DNA of 64,000 nt from a virus (taxonomy: Duplodnaviria > Caudoviricetes), in IMG/VR virus record IMGVR_UViG_2546826724_000006, positions 23,029 to 87,028 of that record; one strand, written 5' to 3'. Shown one piece after another: positions 28,287 to 38,133 of this stretch (position 1 is the first letter of the stretch; the number at the start of each line of letters is the position of its first letter). The notes under the pieces were generated by a model that ran no database searches, had not been told where the DNA came from, and saw only the letters and a program-made list of their open reading frames with translations. A program made the translations under genes and the position numbers.

Positions 28287-28971
28287 CTCTGAGTACGGGG
28301 AGCTTGAGGTTGAGCGTGCCGGTCTCGCCGGCATCAACCTGGTCGCCGAAAAGGACAACGCTGCCGCGACCGTGATGGGTCGTCTTGAGAACACCGTGTC
28401 GTTCTACGGCGTGGCTGGGCTCCAGAATTACGGCTTCACTAACGACCCGTCGCTGTATGCCGTTCTGACCCCGGCGACGAAGGCTGCCGGCGGCACGACT
28501 TGGTTCACCACGGGCGGCGCCCCGAACGCCACGGCCAACGAGGTCTACAACGACTTCCTGTCCATGTTCGCGCAGCTCGTGAACCAGACTGCCGGCCTCG
28601 TCGAGGCTACCGATCGCTTGGTTTGGGCGCTCCCGCCGCAGCAGGCCGTCGCGCTGGGCTTCATCAACCAGTACAACGTGAAGGTTCGTGAAGCCATTCA
28701 GGCCGAGTTCCCGAGCCTGCGCATCGTGACCGCCGTCCAGTACGGCAAGCAGAGCGCGCAGAGCCCGATGGGCCTGTCGGCCGGCAACATGACCCAGCTC
28801 TTCGCCGAGACGATTGACGGTCAGGAGACGGGCTTCAACGCCTACGCCGAGAAGATGCGCTCGCACAACGTCGTCACCGACCTGTCGAGCTACAAGAAGA
28901 AGTGGTCGGGCGCGACCTGGGGTGCCGTGATCAAGGTCCCCTATGCCATCGTCGGCATGGTGGGCATCTGA
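28276..28971 (+). CDS. Major capsid protein (DUF2184), 3' fragment
   Basis: YQTISEYGELEVERAG..FYGVAGLQNYG..NDP..EKMRSH..TWGAVIK..GMVGI, in frame with 5' fragment. Confidence 0.92.
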   Translation, partial: YQTISEYGELEVERAGLAGINLVAEKDNAAATVMGRLENTVSFYGVAGLQNYGFTNDPSLYAVLTPATKAAGGTTWFTTGGAPNATANEVYNDFLSMFAQLVNQTAGLVEATDRLVWALPPQQAVALGFINQYNVKVREAIQAEFPSLRIVTAVQYGKQSAQSPMGLSAGNMTQLFAETIDGQETGFNAYAEKMRSHNVVTDLSSYKKKWSGATWGAVIKVPYAIVGMVGI

Positions 28972-28972
28972 T

Positions 28973-30363
28973 ATGGCGCAGCCCCAGCACAACCCCCTGC
29001 CGCGCCAGGGTATCGCGCCGACGAACACTATCACCACGGCTCGCGAGGTGGTCTCGGTCGCCTGCAAGATGCCGAACGGGATCATCCTGCGGACCTTCGT
29101 GCCGCGGACTGAGAGCGAACTCGTTCTCGGCGGCGGTTCCCGTGAGGTGACCGTCTATCGGGAGACCGAGGATCAGATCGTGATCGGCGGAACCGCCGCG
29201 CGTATCGGTGATCCTCGCCCCCCGATCCTGGTTGAGGGCGGGTATCGCATCACGCAGAACGTCCCGAAGAGCCTATGGGATGCGTGGTACGCTGCGAACA
29301 AGCACTCGGATCTGGTCAAGAACCGTCTGATCTACGCCAGCGAGAAGCGCGAGGACGCCGAGGCATTCTCCCGCGAGCACGAGAGTGTCGTGACCGGGCT
29401 GGAGGGGATTGATCCCGCCAACCCCGGCAAGCGCGTCCGCGGCATCGTCCCGGGCGATAAGCCCAAGTAGCAGCCCGACAGGAGAGCGTCATGGCTAAAA
29501 CGGTCAAGGTCGGCTGCCGTATGCCCGGCGGCATTCGTCTTCAGGTCCCCGATTGGGTTCAGGGTCCCGATGGCGAGAAGACCCTCAAGACGGTCGCAAT
29601 CTACGACATCGCCGGCAGCAACCGGCACATCGGCGGTGTGCCTGGCGGCCTGCACCACGAAGACGACGCCACCTTCACGGAGATCCCTGCGGATCACTGG
29701 GAGAAGTGGTACGAGATGAACAAGGACAGCGATCTCGCCACCAGCGGCGCCATCTTCAAGGGTCCCGCGAAGGCCGATGTCGCCGATCCGGCGCTGGCCG
29801 CCGACCCTGTGCAGGCGGAAGCCGAGATGCAGCGCCAGGTGCTCGGCGAGCAGCAGTCGACCGACCCGAAGGCCGATGCGGAAGCCGCTAAGGGGCGCAC
29901 CCGCGCCGCCAAGCAGGCCTAAGGGAGCGACGCCATGGCTGAGACCGTGAAGATCGGGTGCCGCGTTCCGAGCGGCCTCCGCCTGCGCGTCTACGAGATG
30001 CAGGAGACCCCTGAGGGCCAGATGGCCGTCGAGGTCGGCATGATCGAGCTTGCCGGCTCCGGCGACCTGTCGGCGCCTGAGGGCGATGCCACGTACTCGG
30101 AGGTCGATGCCGGCCTCTGGGACAAGTGGCTCGCCATGAACAAGGACAGCGACCTGATCGCCAACCGGACCGTCTACAAGGGCAATGCGTCCGCGAAGAC
30201 CCCGGCTGAGAAGGAAGCGGCGGCGGCTCCCGCCTCGGCGCCTGAGAAGCCCGCTGACAAGCCCGTAGCGGCCCCGTCGTCCGCTTCGACCGCGTCCACG
30301 GCCTCGACTGCCTCGACGTCGTCGACCGCCGTCTCCGGCCTCGACAAGCCCAAGGCGCCCTGA
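28973..30363 (+). CDS. Three tandem paralogous small virion-region proteins (28973-29470, 29491-29922, 29935-30363)
   Basis: Shared C[KR][MV]PxG and WxxWxxxNKxSDL motifs. Confidence 0.8.
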
Positions 30364-30383
30364 TCTAGGCGGGAGCACCCATC

Positions 30384-30824
30384 ATGGGGGCGATAGCGAC
30401 CTTCAACTATCAGGCGTGGAAGGCTCGCTATCCCGAGTTCGGCACCGTCTCGCAGGATCTGGCGACCGCCTACTTCGCAGAGGCGACGCTGTATCTGCGG
30501 AACGATGGCACGGGGCCGGTGCAGGATGCCGGGCAGCAGCTCCTCTTATTGGGAATGCTGACCGCCCACATAGCGAAGCTGAACGCGCTGAACGACGATG
30601 GGTCGTCTGCTTCTGGCTTGGTTGGGCCTATCACCGCCGCGTCGGAAGGCTCGGTTTCGGTGAGCAGCGGGCTGGTCGTCGAGTCTGGCACGGCTGGCTG
30701 GTTCCAGCAGACGCCCTACGGCTACGCCTTCTGGAACGCGACGGCCCCCTATCGCGCGATGCGGTACGTGCCGAGCCGCAGGGCCTACAGCACCGGTTAT
30801 GGCGGCTACGGGCGGGTGTGGTGA
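30384..30824 (+). CDS. Head-tail adaptor, DUF4054-like
   Basis: RYPEF, LTAHIA, ASEGSVSVS, WFQQTPYG. Confidence 0.85.
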   Translation: MGAIATFNYQAWKARYPEFGTVSQDLATAYFAEATLYLRNDGTGPVQDAGQQLLLLGMLTAHIAKLNALNDDGSSASGLVGPITAASEGSVSVSSGLVVESGTAGWFQQTPYGYAFWNATAPYRAMRYVPSRRAYSTGYGGYGRVW

Positions 30825-30856
30825 TCGCCCTGGCGACACGTTCAATTGGTCATTTG

Positions 30857-33070
30857 TCATTCGGGGTTGATCCCGGCCTGAAACCGTGCCCACGCCCGAT
30901 CCACGATGCGCCTATTTTCATCATCGGCCGGCGGCAGGCTTCCGTCCGGCGGCACATCAAGCAGCACGTCCAGGGCATTGCGCAGCATCTTCGCGGATGC
31001 CGTCTTGCCCATGCCATCAAGCTCTTGGGCAACGCCTTCGATCGCGGCGGCGGCATCCAAGCAGGACTGCTCTTTTATCATTCTAAACTCCCTTCTTTAG
31101 GCGGGTATCCGACATTCGAGGTTGCTGAGCCCAACGCTGGCCATCAGGTCGATTGTGGCTTTGGAGGTTGATGGGACGCGTCCAAGCATCCGGATCGAAT
31201 TTGCCGTTCCGCCTCTCGAACGATGGCACGAACCCACACCCGCCCATCTTCGCTAAGCTCATCCCATTCGCAGGCGTAGTAGGCCTCACGCAACACGTTG
31301 GGTGAGTTGCATATAACTTGAGGGTCAAGGTGATTGTCGTTCATGGCGCTCAGATCTTGTCATTCGTCAGACGGGATCGATGGCTCCACGATCGGCGTCC
31401 AGTGCGTGTGATAGCCGGGCCAATTCTCGCAAGTCGGCGATCCGCAGTAGGGCGGCTCTACGATCGGGAAGCGCCACCAAAGCACGTAGCGATCTTCTTC
31501 GGTCCACTCAGATCGTGGGCGAGCGTTCATCCGAATTGGCCCCAATCGATGTAGAAGATGAGGACCAGCGCCACCGCTATGAAAACGGTCGGCAGGTCTG
31601 ACGCGCTCATTCGGGAAGAGCTTCCTCGGCGGCCTGAACTGCGCTGCGCAGCGTCGGATGATACGGGCCACCCTCGTCCATCTGCCAGTTGGCGTAGGCG
31701 ACAAGCGTGCGAAGGTGTTTGGCTAAAATCGCATTTCGATGCGGATGACTGTTCCTCACCCCCGGGCTTTCCACCGATGAGTAAGCGTTCCCGGCATCGC
31801 AGATCATCCGGGCCAATCCGCGGTCGGTCGCATCGCTGCCTGTGGCAAGATCTACGACGACGACACCGCGTGCATCGCACACGCACCCAGGAGCGGCATC
31901 ATCGATCCGCCAAGGAAGTGGAGCGTGGATGAAGTCGATCAGCGGGCGTCCTGGGCCGAAGCCCGCGGCCTCAAGATCCGCGTAATTGGTGTTTGTATAG
32001 TCGCGGGTTTCCACGGCATGCCGCGCCCGTGCGATGCGGTCAGCCGTGTCATCGTCCGGTCGATCCATCAGGGGCTGACCAAGTTGGGTCTTGACCATCT
32101 GCACTTGGCTTGGGCTCTCCGGGTTGGTGACCACGGGAGCGGAGGATAAGGTCGGGGCTGCCATTTCATTCCTCTCGATCATTCAGCCGCTTCGTCCAAG
32201 TCGCGCAAAAGCTCTCGCGGAACCGGGAAGCTGTTGCCGATCCCGTCAGCGTATTTGACCCACACCGCCTTGCCGTCGTCGCTGACGATGCGGACGCGGG
32301 GCCAGGACTCCACGCCCTCGTAGCTGCACCGCATCTCGCACTCTTGCCCGGCTTCGAACGGCACCCCTCATCTCCTCGGCAGCGGCGAAGTGGTCAGCGC
32401 CCACGCCATGAACGCGAGCCACGCGAGGCTGGGCAGCACGCCGCAAACGAAGCCGGTCGCGACCATGAGGAGGATGCCGACAGCTTCAGCCATCCGAAGG
32501 CCTCACGTTCATCGGATAAGCCGGATCGCGTCGGGGATCGGTAAGTGGCAGGACGGCGCGTAGGGCCTCTCTGATGGCGATCTGAAGCCCCGCGCATGCT
32601 TGGACGTTCGCCTTTGTACGTCGGACGCCCGCGGCTGTGGTTCCTGCGATCATCAGATCCAGACTGATCTGATCGAGATCGGGAAGGCGCCTCATCTCAG
32701 TCCTCCCCGTCATCATCCGGCCGCCCAGCGGCGGCCTCGGCATCGCGGCGACTGGCATACGGGCCGTCGCATTCCCCCGTGCTCCGATCGACCGCATACC
32801 AGCCGCGGTCGCGGTACTCGCCGTACTCCGGCGCGCCTGTGACGAACTCGATCCGCATCACAGCACCGCCTCGCGGGAGGGGGCGGTGCCTTCGAACGTG
32901 GCGGTGATCGAACCGCAGGGACGAACGGTGCCGACGCCCTGGTGCAGGCTGAGCAGCTTGCCCGCGCAATCGGAACGGCGAGCGTCGATCCAAGCCTGCA
33001 TCGCGCCGAGGTCGGCGGTGATGAACGTGAACCCGTTGATGTGGCCGCGGAAGATCTTGGTGGTGGGCAT
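30857..33070 (-). other. Leftward cluster of small hypothetical ORFs inserted in the neck region
   Basis: Tightly packed minus-strand ORFs with RBSs (e.g. 30857-31081, 31607-32182, 32179-32364, 32858-33070). Confidence 0.7.
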
Positions 33071-33097
33071 CGGGTGGCTCCGTCTCTGATGTAGACA

Positions 33098-33176
33098 GAG
33101 ATAACCAATTGCGGTAACGGTGTCAATATCCGCAATTGGATTTTGGTGCCCTTTGACGAACATTCCGCAATTGGAT
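33098..33176 (-). promoter_or_regulatory. Leftward promoter with three operator repeats
   Basis: Minus-strand TTGACA-17-TATCTC; CCAATTGCGG (33105) and CCGCAATTGG (33130, 33165). Confidence 0.75.
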
Positions 33177-33188
33177 ACGGCCACCCGC

Positions 33189-33398
33189 ATGGGCCGGAAG
33201 CCGATCAAGCGCGACGTGCGAATGAAACAGTTCACTCACTGGCTCGACCCAGACGCGATGGCTCGCGTCGAAGCGCTGGTCGGCAAGATGAAGATCTCGG
33301 ACTTCATGCGCGCTGCGGTCGAGCATGAATTGCAGCGCCGTGAGGCTTCCGATGGTTCAGATCAAAGGCGGCGAGGCATTGGAGAAGCACCTCGGTGA
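33189..33398 (+). CDS. Ribbon-helix-helix regulator
   Basis: MGRKP..QFTHWLD..ARVEALVG..ISDFMRAAVEHEL. Confidence 0.7.
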   Translation: MGRKPIKRDVRMKQFTHWLDPDAMARVEALVGKMKISDFMRAAVEHELQRREASDGSDQRRRGIGEAPR

Positions 33399-33891
33399 GC
33401 TGGCAAAGAAAGTAGAAAGGCCGGCCAATCTCTCTGTCGGCTTCCTGTCCGATGCGACTTACGAAGACGGTAAGAGCGTCGCTATGGTCGCTGCGATACA
33501 GGAATTCGGCGCACCTAAAGCGGGCATCCCGCCCCGGCCCTTCTTCCGCAACATGGTGGCCGCCAAGTCCGGCCAGTGGCCTGATGCCATCGCGAACTTG
33601 CTGAAGGCGACCGACTACGACGCCACCAAGACCATGATGCAGGTCGGCGAGGGCATCTCCGGGCAGCTTCGCCAGTCTATCGTAGACACTTCTGAGCCGC
33701 CGCTCAGTGTCCTGACGCTGATGGCCCGGAAGTGGAAGAGCGACAACCCCGACGAAGCCATGACGCGCACCGTCTTGGAGCAGTTGCGGGCTAGCCTCTC
33801 AAAAGGGCCTCCGGACCTCGGCGGGGTTTCAACGAAGCCTCTTGTTGAGAGCGGCAACATGCTTAACAGCATCGATTACACGGTGGACTGA
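33352..33891 (+). CDS. Neck/virion morphogenesis protein
   Basis: VAAIQEFGAP..IPPRPFFR, KPLVESGNMLNSI. Confidence 0.85.
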   Translation: MVQIKGGEALEKHLGELAKKVERPANLSVGFLSDATYEDGKSVAMVAAIQEFGAPKAGIPPRPFFRNMVAAKSGQWPDAIANLLKATDYDATKTMMQVGEGISGQLRQSIVDTSEPPLSVLTLMARKWKSDNPDEAMTRTVLEQLRASLSKGPPDLGGVSTKPLVESGNMLNSIDYTVD

Positions 33892-33893
33892 GC

Positions 33894-34310
33894 ATGCCCG
33901 GCCTGAACCTGCGCAACATCGCCAACGGCGCGATCCAGGGGCTGAACCCGAACGTCATCGCCACGGTCCGCCGCGCGGCCGGCTACACCACCGACGCCAG
34001 CGGCAAGCGCACGCCGTCGTTCACCGAGATCGTCGTCCCCGTCCAGATCCAGCCGATCACCACGGGCGACATGCAGAAGCTGGACAACCTGAACATCCAG
34101 GGCGTCCACCGCGCCATCTACGTCAGCGCTGAAGTCGAAGCGATGATCCGCGTCGACAAGAAGGGCGGCGACCAGATCGTGTTCCCGCGAGGCGTCATGC
34201 CCGAGGACAACGACAATACCACCCGCTGGATCGTCTCCGCCGTTCTGGAAGTCTACCAGAGTGGATGGAGAAAGTGCGCTATCACACTCCAAAATAGCTA
34301 CTCGCAGTGA
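33894..34310 (+). CDS. Head closure-like protein
   Basis: Position; QIQP..LNIQG..GGD. Confidence 0.7.
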   Translation: MPGLNLRNIANGAIQGLNPNVIATVRRAAGYTTDASGKRTPSFTEIVVPVQIQPITTGDMQKLDNLNIQGVHRAIYVSAEVEAMIRVDKKGGDQIVFPRGVMPEDNDNTTRWIVSAVLEVYQSGWRKCAITLQNSYSQ

Positions 34311-35032
34311 TCCCCGGCCTCCTGCCGGTCCCGAGCCGCGTCGACATCCAGACGGCTCTGCGATCGGTCCTGCTTCAGATCCTGCCCGACGGCGTCGAGG
34401 TCATCGCCGGTCAGGACAACAACGTGCCCGAGCCCACGGGCGACTTCGTCAGCATGACCGTGCTCCGGCAGGAGCGGCTGGCGACCAATATCGTAGCCTA
34501 TGAGGACTGCGCGTTCACCGGGGCCATCGCAGGCCGCATCCTGACGCCGACCAACATCCGGTTCGGAAGCCTCACCGCTGGACGGCTTGTCTTCGGGACC
34601 GGGGCTGCAACGGCTCCGACCATCAGCGCCGTCAACTCGGACGGTACGGCAACCCTCTCGCAGAACCTGACGGTTACGGCCAGGCCGATGGCCTCTGGCG
34701 TGAAGGGGCTCAAGCAGAAGACCCGCTTCGTCTTCCAGTTGGACATCCACTGCGACGACGACGACCACGCCTCGGACATGGGGCAGGTCATCTCCACCAT
34801 GCTCCGCGATGACGCTGGGATCCGCCTCTTCGCGGCGACCAACGTCGCAGTCACGCCGCTCTACGCCGACGATCCTCGGCAGATGCCCTTCGTCAACGCC
34901 GAGCAGCAGTACGAAGATCGCTTCGTGGTCGAGTGCCACTTGCAAGCCGACCAAATCATCACCCCGCCGCAAGAGTTCATGGACCGCGTCGATGCCGACC
35001 GGATCCCGGCCGACATCTTCTTCGCCGCCTGA
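34307..35032 (+). CDS. Tail terminator-like protein
   Basis: Before sheath; GQDNNVPEP, PLYADDPRQ..EQQYEDR. Confidence 0.75.
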   Translation: MIPGLLPVPSRVDIQTALRSVLLQILPDGVEVIAGQDNNVPEPTGDFVSMTVLRQERLATNIVAYEDCAFTGAIAGRILTPTNIRFGSLTAGRLVFGTGAATAPTISAVNSDGTATLSQNLTVTARPMASGVKGLKQKTRFVFQLDIHCDDDDHASDMGQVISTMLRDDAGIRLFAATNVAVTPLYADDPRQMPFVNAEQQYEDRFVVECHLQADQIITPPQEFMDRVDADRIPADIFFAA

Positions 35033-35041
35033 GGACGCAGC

Positions 35042-37042
35042 ATGACGACCATTTCCGCATCTCAGATCGTCAGGATCCTTCCGCAGGTCCTGAACGGCGG
35101 CGGCGATCCGCTGGCGTTCAACGGTCTGTTCCTGACCAAGAACGCCCGCGTCCCGACCATCAACGGGGCCAGCGGCGGTGTGCTGTCGTTCCCGAACGAT
35201 GGCACGTCCGTGGCGTCCTACTTCGGCGGCACGTCCTCCGAGGCGGTCGAGGCCAACGTCTACTTCCTCGGGCCCGACACCTCGACGAAGAAGGCCGAGA
35301 ACGTCCTCTTCGCCCGTTTCCCGGCCTCGGCCATCGCGGCGTTCCTGCGCGGCGGCAACGTCACCACGCTGACGCTCGCCCAGCTTCAGGCGCTCTCGGG
35401 CACGCTGTCGATCATCGTCGATGGCTACACCCGCTCGGCGACTGGCCTGTCTCTGTCCGCGGCCACGAGCTACACCGCGGCGGCGTCGCTGATCCAGGCG
35501 GGCCTCAACGCCTCGCAGCCTGTCGCGGCCTCGGTCACGGGTGCCATCGCGGCGGGGCCGTCCGTCTCGCTCACCGGCTCCATCGCCGGCAACGTCCTCA
35601 CCGTCAACAGCGTCGCCACCGGCCCGATCGTGCCCGGCACCGTGTTGAGCGGAACTGGCGTCACTGCCGGGACCACCGTCACCAATCAGCTCTCGGGCGC
35701 GCAGGGCGGCGTCGGCACTTATGCGGTGTCCGCGTCTCAAATCGTGCCGAATGGCTCTCTGACGGGCTCCTACGGCGTTCTGACGGTCACTGCAGTGGCG
35801 AGCGGTACGCTGTCGGTCGGACAGGCCCTGTCGGGCACTGGCGTGACCACTGGGACGGTCATCACCGGCCTCGGCACCGGCACGGGCCTCGCGGGCACCT
35901 ACTACATCAATCCGAGCCAGACGGCTGCGAGTGGCACGATCACCGCAGCATCCACGCCCGTGACTGTGGCCTTCGACAGCCAGTCGGGCGGCTTCGTCAT
36001 CACCTCGGGCATCACGGGCTCGCCCTCCACCATGGCCTACGCCACGGGCTCTCTGGCTGACAGCCTGTTCCTGTCGCAGGCAACCGGTGCGATCCTGTCC
36101 CAGGGCTCGGATGCCATGACGCCGGGCGACTTCATGACGGCGCTGACCCAGATCACGCAGAACTGGGTCTCGTTCACGACGCTGTTCGACCCCGATGGCG
36201 GCCTAACCGGCACCAACGTTCAGAAGCTGCTGTTCTCAACGTGGAACAACGCCCAGAACAACCGCTACGTCTACGTCGCCTGGGATCGCGATCTCAGCCC
36301 GACGACCGTCGTGCCGGCGCCGACCTCGCTGGGCTATCTGCTCCAGTCGACGAACCTGTCCGGCACCTTCCCCTTCTGGGAGCCGAGCAATCAGCATGGC
36401 GCGGCCTTCGTGATGGGCTACATCGCCTCGCTGGACTTCGACGGCTTCAACGGCCGGACGACTGCTGCCTTCCGCAGCCAGACTGGTCTGGTGGCCGGCG
36501 TGAGCAACGCCACGGTTGCGAGCAACCTCGCCGGCTCGCCGCAGGCCACCGGTAGCTTCGGCAACGGCTATAACTTCTACGGCGCCTACGCCACGGCCAA
36601 TCAGGGCTTCGTATTCCTGAACCGCGGCACGATCTCGGGCCGGTTCCAGTGGCTGGATAGCTACGTCAACCAGATCTGGATCAACAACCAGCTCCAGCTC
36701 GCCTTCATGAACCTGCTCACGCAGGTCAACAGCATCCCGTACAACACGGACGGTGATGCCCTGATCGAGGCGGCTGCGCTGGATCCGATCACGGCGGCGG
36801 TGAATTTTGGCGCCATCCGTGCGGGCGTGCCGCTGTCGAACGCCCAGCGGGCTCAGGTCAAGTCCATGGCTGGCCTCGACATCGCCAGCACCCTCACGCA
36901 GCGCGGCTGGTATTTCCAGTCGCTGGCCGCCACCGCCTCGACGCAGACCCGTCAGGGCCGCGCCAGCCCGCCCGTGCGGCTCTTCTACATGGACGGCCAG
37001 TCTGTCCAGGCCCTCACCGTCCCCTCCGTCATGATCCAGTGA
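35042..37042 (+). CDS. Tail sheath, DUF3383
   Basis: 666 aa; [38 protein letters not shown]. Confidence 0.9.
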   Translation: MTTISASQIVRILPQVLNGGGDPLAFNGLFLTKNARVPTINGASGGVLSFPNDGTSVASYFGGTSSEAVEANVYFLGPDTSTKKAENVLFARFPASAIAAFLRGGNVTTLTLAQLQALSGTLSIIVDGYTRSATGLSLSAATSYTAAASLIQAGLNASQPVAASVTGAIAAGPSVSLTGSIAGNVLTVNSVATGPIVPGTVLSGTGVTAGTTVTNQLSGAQGGVGTYAVSASQIVPNGSLTGSYGVLTVTAVASGTLSVGQALSGTGVTTGTVITGLGTGTGLAGTYYINPSQTAASGTITAASTPVTVAFDSQSGGFVITSGITGSPSTMAYATGSLADSLFLSQATGAILSQGSDAMTPGDFMTALTQITQNWVSFTTLFDPDGGLTGTNVQKLLFSTWNNAQNNRYVYVAWDRDLSPTTVVPAPTSLGYLLQSTNLSGTFPFWEPSNQHGAAFVMGYIASLDFDGFNGRTTAAFRSQTGLVAGVSNATVASNLAGSPQATGSFGNGYNFYGAYATANQGFVFLNRGTISGRFQWLDSYVNQIWINNQLQLAFMNLLTQVNSIPYNTDGDALIEAAALDPITAAVNFGAIRAGVPLSNAQRAQVKSMAGLDIASTLTQRGWYFQSLAATASTQTRQGRASPPVRLFYMDGQSVQALTVPSVMIQ

Positions 37043-37068
37043 TCGCCACGATCTAGGAGCTTTAGACC

Positions 37069-37497
37069 ATGTCGATCACCTCCGCGAACGCGGTCCTGTA
37101 TCTCGGCGTCACCGGCCTGTTCCCGACGCCGCAGAAGATCCAGGGCTTCGCCACCGACGACATCTACGACACCGAGGCGCTTGAGGTCGGCGACACCATG
37201 ATGGGTGTCGACGGCTACCTCTCGGGCGGCTTCGTCTACAACCCCGTGATCCAGGGCTACAGCATCATGGCTGACAGCCCCTCGGCCGATTTCTTCGACA
37301 ACTGGGTCGCGGCCGAGCGTCTGATCAACGACAAGTACACCGCGTTCGGGACGATCTTCCTTCAGGGCACCGGCCGGAAGTACGCGATGACGAAGGGCTT
37401 CCTCGTCACGGCCCCCGTGCTGCCGGATGCCAAGAAGCTCCTCCAGCCGCGGAAGTTCACCATCCGGTGGGAGCGCGTGCTCCCGGCGCCGGTCTGA
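37069..37497 (+). CDS. Tail tube protein
   Basis: Follows sheath; ITSAN, QGFATDD, MGVDG.LSGG. Confidence 0.85.
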   Translation: MSITSANAVLYLGVTGLFPTPQKIQGFATDDIYDTEALEVGDTMMGVDGYLSGGFVYNPVIQGYSIMADSPSADFFDNWVAAERLINDKYTAFGTIFLQGTGRKYAMTKGFLVTAPVLPDAKKLLQPRKFTIRWERVLPAPV

Positions 37498-37507
37498 GGT
37501 CTGACGC

Positions 37508-38130
37508 ATGGCACGTCGTGATGTCCGGGTGACAATCCCCTCGGATGACCCGAAGAACCGGGACGCTGGCAAGACCTTCCTTCTGACCGAGATGTCCGCG
37601 GCCCGCGCTGAGGACTGGGCGATGCGGGCGCTTCTCGCGTTGACCACCTCTGGCGCCGAGCTGCCTGATGACGTGCAAGGCGCCGGCATGGCCGGTCTCG
37701 CGGTGATGGGCGTCCAGGCGCTCCAGGGCCTCAAGTACGACGAGGTCAAGCCGCTGATGGACGAGATGTTCGCCTGTGTGCAGATCTGCCCGGATCGGCA
37801 GCATCCTAGCGTGGTCCGGGCGCTCGTTGAGGACGATATCGAAGAGGTCTCGACGCGTCTCCGGCTGCGAAAGGAGATCCTTGACCTCCACGTGGGTTTT
37901 TCGCTGCCCGGCGCCCCGTCGATGTCGGCTCAGTCGGCGACGCCGGGCGCCCTAGCGGATGGCGTGATTACCCGAACGTCCCCCGGACGATAGGCGTCAT
38001 CCGAAACGCCAAGGCGGCCACGCTGCACGAGCTGCAGACCGTCTACGGCATCAAAGACGCCTATGACATGATCGAAATGATCCAGATTGACGCGCACAAT
38101 CAGCGCGTGATGGCGCCAAAACAGGGCTAG
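37508..38130 (+). CDS. Tail assembly chaperone (37508-37993) with -1 programmed frameshift product to 38130
   Basis: In-frame slippery G GGT TTT at 37894-37900; -1 frame open to TAG 38130, just before TMP. Confidence 0.88.
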
Positions 38131-38133
38131 CCT

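Noticed and set aside
30260-30335. Short tandem repeat (ASTASTAST)
   Set aside because: Low-complexity coding linker, not a CRISPR array; no array or cas genes seen in the window
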